Source: Octopus vulgaris
Lineage: Eukaryota
DNA length: 64,000 bases
Reading direction: 5' to 3'
Assembly (NCBI GenBank): GCA_951406725.2
Contig: OX597834.1
Location: 32,116,001 to 32,180,000, forward strand
The position numbers and the translations under genes are program-made. Shown one piece after another: positions 54,357 through 64,000 of the stretch. The notes under the pieces are model-generated. The model was not told the origin of the DNA, did no database searches, and saw only the letters and a list, made by a program, of their open reading frames with translations. The stretch's first letter is position 1. Each line of letters starts with the position of its first letter.

Positions 54357-54571
54357 ACCCTTTCATTATTGTATTTATTTTAAGATGCTCTGTTTTCCTT
54401 TTAATTACTTTAAATATAACAAGGAATTTAGTAAAATAGTAAAATAACTTAGTTATCATTAAGCTAGTGTTAGGAACATAAATTGTGACTAAGGTTTGGT
54501 GGAAGATTTTAATTCAAAACTTGACATTTGTACTTAGAGCCAGAGCTGGTTTTGGGTTTGTAACGAAAGGA
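54357..54571. mobile_element. Second piggyBac-like MITE
   Basis: Ends TTAA-CCCTTTC ... GAAAGGA-TTAA. Confidence 0.5.
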
Positions 54572-56517
54572 TTAAGTGGTGACATTTTCTCTGTCAACAA
54601 ATTCTCTGCTCATTTCATACCTTCAAAGCCATATAGAATAACAGCTCCCTTACTTGAAAAGCAGAAAAGGGTTAACAACAGAAAGAGTGTCTGGTCATAA
54701 GACAAGGCCTCAAATGATAGATTCTGCTAACCCAGTCGTTGTCCAGTCTTTTATCCAAGGATCTCTTTGATTATCGTTTTACTCTGGTGGACCTCACCAT
54801 AGCCATTCAGTTTTACAGATATTTCTTTCCATGTTCCTAATTTTATTTACAGCAGTCACTTGTGTAGGTTTGCAATAACACTCACAGAGAGAACATGTTT
54901 CAGTAGTTGGAAGCATGTTGAAACTAAGTTAAAATTTACAGAAAGAAACCTAGTTTATGTCTTGCAATAAATTCGTCTGAAGCAAATTTTTTTCCAAAGA
55001 TCCCTAAAGCACTACCATAAATCCCCAATTTACTATTTTGCTTTCATGACCTCCCAAAAGCTTTATACTCCACCCCAGGAGTCATATGGAACCCAGCTGG
55101 GAACCATAGATCTAACCCATGCTAGCATGGAAAACAGGACGTAAAAGAACAAAAACAAATCTTCATCATTTTACACTCCCTTTTCATGGTGGCATGGGTA
55201 GGATGGGTCCTCATTATAACCCAGGTCCTTTCTGATTGGGGACCATTGTTCACAGCGCATTGTCTCATGGCAGCACCAACACTAAAGAACTTGAATAGTC
55301 GCTGATCCTTCCCAAGACTCACAGAGATGGTTTCCCTGTTTCTACGGCCCATATATTCCCTTCTGGATGGATGCTGGTCCATTGCAGAATGACTCATTCT
55401 TACTCGCTGAATGGACTGGAAGCAATGTGAAATAGAGTGTTATCTTACAAAACAAATTCATAATCGAAAAATGGAACGTGTCATCTTCAAAACATTCATA
55501 CATATGTATTTTTTGCTCAACTATACAACGCTGTTTGATGGCAAAACAGATTATACCGCTTGTTGTATTTTGGGTGTAATTTATGGTGCAAGTTTTGTTG
55601 TAACTTTAACCAGAAAACATTATAGCATAATCAATAGTGGAGAATTCTCAGCGCCAAACAATGCATGAATATAGTCAGGATATTCCTGGACAAGGATTGG
55701 CAGAATATTGGTTACAATCAAGACTTGAGGCATAAAGATATTCTTGGACTTTTCAATGATAGAAGCATTAGCAGAATATTGGTTCCAGTCAAGATTCTAA
55801 CAAATAGACAAACTATTCTTGGATCATTCAAAGACACAAGCACTGGATGAATGTTGGTTCCAGTTAAGACTTCTACCAAAAACATTGAAATAAATAGGAG
55901 CTGTATGTAATATATCTTAGTGCCACAGTGAAAAGACCCTTCCACCCTGCAGTAATCTCTGTAGGGCTGGGGGCATAAAAGAATTGCACCCAGTACACTT
56001 TGTGAAGTGGTTGGCAAATGAGCAGAGGGAGCTTAGTGTTTACTAAGTCCTTTTATACTTCTACCTTGCCAAGGACTTTTCACATGGTTTAGTGGTTAGA
56101 GACATTGGAGTCATGACTATAAGATTGTAGTTTCAATTTCTGGATAGGGCAACACGTTGTGTGCTTGAGCAAAACACTTTATTTCACATTGCTCCGGTCC
56201 ACTGAGCTGGGGAAAAAAAAATAGAAATCTTGCAATGGACTGGAGTCCCATCCAGGGAAGGAAAATATATGCCAAAGGAACTGAGAAGCCAACCCTATGC
56301 TCCTTACAGAGTAATGTGGACTGGCTGCATTCTGTAAAATGGTTGGTGATAGGAATGGCATCCAATCATAGAAACCAAACCAACATGACATGTACACCAC
56401 AGCAGTGGAAGAACAACACTGCAGTGGAAATACCTTGGCTCATTCCAGGGTTTGAGTTCTTTGACCAAAGTCTGTGGCACAAATATTCATTAGGGAAAAG
56501 AAATGGCAGATACTTAC

Positions 56518-56601
56518 AAGGAAATATTTTGGGGGACATTTGAGACGGTCTGAAACAACACAGACTGCTACTATCGGTTGGTCTGAGTTATCGTCTGTCA
56601 T
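56518..56601 (-). CDS. MVB12: MVB12 homolog, coding exon 1 (acceptor at 56616; upstream exon(s) not securely located)
   Basis: MTDDNSDQPIVAVCVVSDRLKCPPKYFL, the MABP start. Donor GTAAGT. Spliced CDS from this ATG is 849 nt, 282 aa. Confidence 0.9.
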
Positions 56602-57069
56602 TGAAGATGACTTAACCTGGAACAATATGGAGAGAGAAAGACATTTAGAGAACAGCAGACGACAAGTGAACAACAATAATTACAATAACAACAAGAACAA
56701 GAGTCAAAAAGTAAAAAAATGAAAAAAGCAAAGCAACTGAACTCTTCGTTATGCCAAACCCTTTGGTGAATATTTTTCATTTTTCAAACCCAGATGTTAT
56801 TGTTAAGCCATATATACCCCTACAGTGTGTGTGTGTGTATGTGTGTTATTAATATGACAAACGATCTTTGGACAGAGTGTATTGTTATAGCTGTTGAGAC
56901 ACAACTGGTCAATGTTAACATATAAATCCCCATTACACTGTCATTAACTGGTTTCCTTCTAATGGTAAGAGTCAATCAAGTCTAATCACCACACTACAGC
57001 ATATCTTCGTGGCTTTTGGGGAAGGCTCAGATCTACTTACTGTGTCTTATAACCATATATTCAACAGTG

Positions 57070-57560
57070 CATCTACACACTTTGGACTGGACCATGGATC
57101 TCCACACCATTATCATCAGTCCATAGAGTGGACAGTAGATCTATACACTTCATCCACAGATAGGATGTGGATCTATATACTGTATCCTGCATCCAAGGAA
57201 AGGTGTATCCTACATCCATAGATTGGATAGATCTCATCATCATCATATATAAAAGATCTATATACGATATAACAGGAATTGGATGAATCTGAAATATCCA
57301 GGGAATAAATGGAACAAGATCCATGGCAAAGTCATTTCTACATACTGTAACATGTCTTCATGGATTAGACAGAAGATCTATACACTTTGTTGTGTATTTA
57401 TGGATTGAACAGAGGTTCTGCATACTGTATTCCATATTCAAGGATTGGACAATGGATCTAATTATATCTATTGGATTGAATGGACTTACATCCATGGAGT
57501 GGTTGGCTCTACATACTCTAACATGTATCTCCATGGATTGGACAAATCTACACACATCAG
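57070..57560. repeat. Degenerate tandem minisatellite (~35-40 bp unit)
   Basis: Recurring GATCTATACAC...TCCATGGATTGGAC-like units. Confidence 0.65.
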
Positions 57561-58701
57561 TATATGTCCATGTAGCTCAAGAGTGTGTGCATTTGTGTGT
57601 ATCACGTGATCAACCAGATTATCAGATGTTATACATCACTGGTCACAATGCGCTTTCTTGAGTTGTTTTAGCTTTCAAATGATGCCACCCTGCTGGCTAG
57701 ACAAGCAGGCCAACATTGCCTCTGATTGGAAAGCTAGTTCATCAGAGGGTGACCCATTTACAGCCGAGTGGACTGGGGCAGCATGAAACAAAGTGTTTCA
57801 CTCAAGAACATACCACCCAGTCCAGCAATTGAACCCACAATCTAATGAGTACAGCACCCTAACCACTAAGCCATATACTTTCATACACACACTCAGTCAA
57901 AAGAATGACAGCATATCCCAATACAAGGCAGTAAATCTCAAACTAACACAATTTTACATTCTATTTGGTTTCCATGAGAACACATGCCATCATAACGCTA
58001 ATGTCTGTCTGTCTGTGTCTCCCTCTCTCTCTAAACTGTTCTGTTGTCGTATCCATTAAGTCTATACAAGTGAGGGTTGTAAAGGTCAAACAAATTTAGA
58101 ATTTGGCACATTTAGCCCCAGGTCAGTCCTGATCAGGCAGACTTAGAGAAAGTGTTCCAATCATGACCAGCTTGTCTTTTATATTCAATTTAGTGTCTTT
58201 GTCTGTTTTTTTTGTTTGAAGATGGCAAGGAGTGGTTCAAGGGAGATTTAGATGTTGTTCCTAGTGGGTCAAATGACTGTATGTGGTGGTGGTGGTGGTG
58301 ACTTATCCTCTTGTTGTACCCTTACTAGTCAATGCTCTCCTCTGTGTATGTGTGTGTGTTTCTGAGCAACACGAGGAGGGAAATATGACTGCTATTTCTA
58401 TTCAGTTGATGAAATATGTGCAGGTGGACTTGTTGGCTTGTGGTACCCTTGCAAGTGTGTGTGTGTGTGTGTGTGTGAAGCATACTTTTTTTGTGTATGT
58501 GAGTGTGTAAGGCATGTTCCCATGTGTGAGTGTGAGGCAGAGGGAAATTTGGTTGTTATTTCTAGTCAGTAAATGACTGTGTGTGTGTGTGTGTGGCAGT
58601 GGTACAAATCAGTGATAATACAATATAATTTCATTGTTATGATACAAAAGAAATACAATGCAATAATAATAATAATAATAATAATAACAATAATAATAAT
58701 G

Positions 58702-58748
<47 letters not shown>

Positions 58749-59339
58749 GAAGACATTGTTATACAACTTTGCAATAATGAAAATAAGTCGATGCAAAATT
58801 TTTGGGTGAAGGGGCAATCAAATTTTATTTTACTTTATGTTTTTACACAACATTGGTGAACTTAGACAAACAGTAATGGCATGCTGGTAGTGATGGTAGC
58901 AGTGGTGTTGGTGGTGGTAGTGGTGGGAGGAGAGGTGATAAAGGTAAGGATAAGGATTAGGGTACAATGCAAAGAACCCAGATTCTCCCCTGAAGTATAT
59001 CTCATCTAAAATATCGAGGATAATTATGGGGTGTACAGAAAGGAAAATGGAAAAACCCCAAAACAGACAGTGATTTAAATTCTTACCAATCCTCAGAAAG
59101 ACTGAAAAAAGCAAGATTTTCACAAACAAATGGGAGTGGAAATTAAAACAGGTTTATTTCAATGATATTTTCTCTCTCCACCCACCTCTTTTCTTTTTGC
59201 TTTTGTGTGTATCTCTGTGTGTTTTCCTTCTCAGATAACATATAAAGTACACAAGGAAAAATAACGAAATTCCCATGATTTAAAATACATTAGGAAGTGT
59301 TAAAGTGTGGAATTATTAGTCATTACAATCATTATTAGT

Positions 59340-60370
59340 GAAGGCAGGGAGCTGGCAGAATCGTTAGCACACTGGACGAACAGTTAAGCAGTATTTTGCC
59401 TGTCCCTACGTTCTGAGTTCAAATTCCACAGAGGTCGACTTTGCTTTTTATCCTTTCGGGGTCGATAAATTAAGTACCAGTGAAACACTGGGGTCAATGT
59501 AATAGGCTAGTCCCCTCCCCACAAATTTCAGGTCTTGTGTCTTTAGTAGAACGGATTAAAAAGGAGAAAGGGGCTCTCTACCCACCTTTTGACTAGGCTC
59601 CCGTGGCTTTTATGAGTTTTTCCATGAGTAACCTTTCGAAGCGCCTCCCCCTATTGGGAATTTCAATAGTTATATTTTCGTTGTTATCTTTATCTTATCT
59701 AGTTTCAGCTCACGAGCTGTGGCCATGCTGGGGCACCGCCATTTATCTCTGGAATTTTTACACGTTTTTTTTTTGCAAATGGACAAAACTCTTTGTAACT
59801 TTCGTCCTGTGTTTTGTCCCTTTATGTTTTAATTAATTTTTGTCAGCCCTTGTGGCCAATAAACGAATTAATTATTATTATTATTATTATTATTATTAAG
59901 GCAGTGATCTGGCAGAATCGTTAACATGCTAGACAAAATGCTTAGCAACATTTCATCTGTTTTAACATGCCAAGTTCAAATGACACCGAGGTTGACTTTG
60001 CCTTTCATACTTTCAGTTTCAAGAGAATAAGTACCAGTCATATACTGGGATCAATGTGATTGACTAGGCCCCTTGTGCTTAAAGTAGAATCATTATTATT
60101 GTCATCATTAAGACAGGGAGCTGGCAGAATTGTTAGCGAATTGAATGAAATGCTTCGCAGCATCTCTTCCAGCTCTTAACATTCTGAGTTCAAATCCTAG
60201 CAGGTTTGACTTTATATTTTACATTCTGGGTTCAAATTCCGCTGAGGTCAAATTTGCTTTCCATGCTTTCAGGGGTAGACGAAATAAGTACCAGACATAT
60301 ACTTGGGTCAATGTAATCAACTAGCCCCCTCCACCACAATTTCAGGCCTTGTGCCAAATGTAGAAAGGAC
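59340..60370 (+). mobile_element. Cluster of co-oriented family-M SINEs
   Basis: Heads AAGGCAG.GA.CTGGCAGAAT at about 59341, 59898 and 60110, each after an ATT-rich tract. Confidence 0.75.
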
Positions 60371-60521
60371 CGTAATTTTTTGTTTATTTTTATTACATTA
60401 AACCTATTTACATGCAAAACCTTCACAACACACACACACACACACATTCTTTGTTTTGTCCTGTACCATCCATAATGCTTTTCTTAATGTAAACCATTTG
60501 TGGTCAATAAAGAAATCATCA

Positions 60522-60552
<31 letters not shown>

Positions 60553-60993
60553 TATTATGTTTTGTTTACCTGCCCCAGATGTAGTTTAGCTTTTATCAAC
60601 TTGGCCACTTGATAAAAATATAGATAAAAAATATATATATATATATATAAGTATCCAACTGAAATAAGTACAAAGGCGGGATCTGGCTAATGTAATCAAC
60701 TAAAAAAAAAAAAAAAAAAAAATCGGTGCTGCTCCAGTATGACCACAGCCAAATGACTGAGACCAGAAAAATAATAAAAGGGAGAGAGAGACATACACAG
60801 AAATCTCTCTCTTATTCACATACCCCTTTTACACGAGTGGTCTCTCTCTCTCTCTCTCTGACACACATTCATAGATATACATACGTACACAAACCTGTAT
60901 ACATAAACATATACAGACACACACACACATATATTATCAACTATGTATATATGTGTGCTGATGTGAATCTGAGGCAATGTATGCATACATGTG

Positions 60994-61042
<49 letters not shown>

Positions 61043-61087
61043 AAGTAAAGTTGTAAGATGCCGCATGAGTGGAAATATATATGAAAG

Positions 61088-61278
61088 AAGGTTTGAAAAT
61101 GCAATTTTAAAGATGTTTATTCACTTGACCGGTTTCACTTTTCTAGAAAAAGAAACCAGTACTTAACGCAACAAAGCTTATACAAAGCTTTACATTTTAC
61201 TTTTGACAATCTTTTTTTTTTTAAAAAGTGAAACCGGTCAAGTGAATAAACATCTTTAAAATTGCATTTTCAAACCTT
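61088..61278. repeat. Inverted repeat (55-bp perfect arms, 81-bp spacer) within (TA)n
   Basis: 61088-61142 is the reverse complement of 61224-61278. Confidence 0.85.
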
Positions 61279-62637
61279 TTATATATATATATATATATAT
61301 ACATACACACACACACGTGCCAGCAAGTACAAGCATGTACATCCAAGAAAATGTATATAGATAAAAGTATGTGTGTGTGAGTGCATGTGCCTAAGAATAA
61401 CAAGGTGTGTGGGCATGTGTGAATCTGAACATACGGGTGCATATGTGAGCGTGTGTGTGTACGTGTGTCCTAAAATGCACCCAGATTGAAAAAGCCACGT
61501 CTACCAAACACTCCCTGGCTGCTTCATCCATTGCACTAGTTCCATCTGCACTCATTCTCTCCTCTTACAATGCGCACAAATACACTCTAAGCAAACATAC
61601 ACACACATACGCAAACACTATATCCTGCCACTCATACATATATATATAAAGTCAGAATACATTCTCCTGTTGAGAGAAATGAAAAAAAAAGGGCCAATAT
61701 GCCCAGAAGAGGCCACTGTTTTATAACATCAGAATGCACTTTAGAGGTGCAAATATGGACAACAATTGGCCGAAATGTGATGTAGGTGAGAAAGTAAGAA
61801 CTTGTAAATTGGCTGCATTATGATTGGAAAATAATTATTCTATATATATTCTCTGTTTTCTTTAAATTATTAATTATACACACACAATGTGTATCTGGTC
61901 ACATGTGAACATCATCTATACCCAGTTATACACACCTCACAAAAATCTATATCGTGTTACGTACAAGCGCATATCTATATCCTACCATACGCAATCTATT
62001 GTCGGCCACACAGACACAGAGTCTAATGCATTCTGTTTGGATTCAGTGACACACAAAATTCTCGGAGCCAATTTATAATGAAATACTCAGAATAAAAAAA
62101 GAAAGAAAAAAAACCCCCAACAAAACATTAAAACACAAAAACAAAAGAAGCCTCTTTTCCAGAACCCCGTTAAACTCCCTGCTATCCTTTCTTATACTCT
62201 TTGTATCTCGATTACAAAGACTGGGGCTTCAAGGTTTAATGATATAAGAACAAACAGCAACAACTATAAAAACAAAATACTTCAGCTCCCAACAGGTGTT
62301 GACATTCCACAAGGTGTAACCGTCTAGCATTTAAACTGGCCACATCCGGTCCAAAGATTCTGCTCGTTTTATGTTCAAACTGGCTCAATCTGGTTTCTCG
62401 TACCTACCCTACAATGTCATTGTAAAGACAAAACAATCACATCATTGAAATATTGAAGCTACAAGATAATACATTTATTGATTCCAAACAATGTGATTAA
62501 ATAACCATTACATGTGACAGAGTATTCTGAATGCCAAATGATTAAGCAATGTCCCCAGTGGAACAACTGCTCCCACACCTGAGACTGCTGCTGCTGCTAT
62601 GTACACTGACATCTTGGACCATATCCAGAGAAGTACC

Positions 62638-62806
62638 TATTTCTTTATTACCCACAAGGGGCTAAACACAGAGGGGACAAACAAGGACAGACATAGGTAT
62701 TAAGTCGATTACATCGACCCCAGTGCGTAACTGGTACTTAATTTATCGACCCCGAAAGGATGAAAGGCAAAGTCGACTTCGGCGGAATTTGAACTCAGAA
62801 CGTACT
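62638..62806 (-). mobile_element. 5'-truncated family-M SINE
   Basis: 14-bp TSD TCCAGAGAAGTACC at 62624-62637 and 62807-62820. Confidence 0.9.
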
Positions 62807-63384
62807 TCCAGAGAAGTACCATTCACCTGATTGGCATTAAAATACTAACATATGCTCTGGCTTCTGGCACACTGGTATGCTGTCACCTCTCCGTCTTTTC
62901 TCAGACATAGTTGCACGGTCAAGAATTTTGCATCCCAACCGTGTGTGTGTATCTTCAGTCGGTTGACCATGGATTGATTGGTTGACACAATTGAAATATG
63001 GAAACAAATCCCCCCAATACTTATCTGAAATATTTGTAAGCCTTCAATAAATGTATAAAATCCATTATCAGTGTGCACTTTCTATATCACTCCGTAGCAA
63101 CATACCAATTTAACTTGGTAGCTGGGCTGCGGGTTTAAAAACATGACCAATGACAAGTGTTTTGAGTTTGTATTACCAGGATTCCAACATTAGCCACAGG
63201 ACTTATTTCTTAGCCTGGTGCAACTTTATCAACAGAGAGTTTTTGAAGTATTTCACTTGGGTTACTAATCCCTCATCAACTCCTTTTTGTTTTCCCACAC
63301 ACACACACATAGGCACAGGTGTGGCTGTGTGGATAGGCACAGGGATAGTTGCATAGAAAAGATAAAAGATATATATATATATAT

Positions 63385-63610
63385 GTCTTTACTACCCACA
63401 AGGGGCTAAACACAGAGGGGACAAACAAGGACAGACAAAGGGATTAAGTCGATTCCATCGACCCCAGTGCGTAACTGGTACTTAATTTATTGACCCTGAA
63501 AGGATGAAAGGCAAAGTCGACCTCAGTGGAATTTGAACTCACAACGTAACGGCAGACGAAATACGGCTTTGCATTTCGCTCGGCGTGCTACCGTTTCTGC
63601 CAGCTCGCCT
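63385..63610 (-). mobile_element. SINE family M inserted in (TA)n
   Basis: Near identical to the other family-M copies. Confidence 0.85.
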
Positions 63611-64000
63611 TATATATATATATATATTGTGGACTCTCCTATCATAGACAATAGATGACCGTTCTGCAATTTCTTGCTGAATGACCTGCACAGATGATTC
63701 GTTTATGGTGGTCAAACGTTTGTGCCTTACATAAATTCATTCCCTCCATCAAATCAACATTGCCGAAACAGTGTGTCGCACATCAGATGTCAAAGTGATC
63801 CCACAGCAACGTCAGATGAAGTGTTTTTTTTTTTCAAGAATACAACACACCACCCAATCCAATAATCAATACCAGGATCTCATAACTGTGAGTGCAGTGT
63901 GTGTGTGTGTGCATGTATGGGTATAAACCTTGATGTTTGCTTTTCAAAGCTTGTTCACAGGTATTGACTAAAAATGTTATACAGTGAGATCAAAATATCA

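Overview
Eukaryotic, AT-rich DNA dense in microsatellites and SINEs. The repeat landscape suggests an octopus or other cephalopod genome (inference). Two convergent intron-containing genes can be assembled by hand. SNRPE/SmE lies on + (5 exons, 20160-30876, 92 aa, U12-type first intron). An MVB12 (ESCRT-I subunit, MABP plus UMA domains) homolog lies on - (9 coding exons, 56601-39780, about 282 aa). Nearly all ORFs in the supplied track are microsatellite or SINE artefacts. The rest is a mariner relic, hAT and piggyBac MITEs, RTE and CR1 LINE 3' ends, several tRNA-derived SINE families and a truncated tRNA-Glu. The most interesting signal is a set of minimal type-I hammerhead-ribozyme-like motifs in short repeats: (i) a tRNA-headed SINE-like element fused to a hammerhead (2 copies), (ii) a (TA)n-associated family with a variant CUGUCGA core (2 full copies and 1 partial), and (iii) long inverted repeats inside (TA)n tracts, two of which carry hammerhead-like parts. 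These are consistent with Penelope-like or retrozyme-type retroelements. All calls are by eye; no database search or folding program was run.
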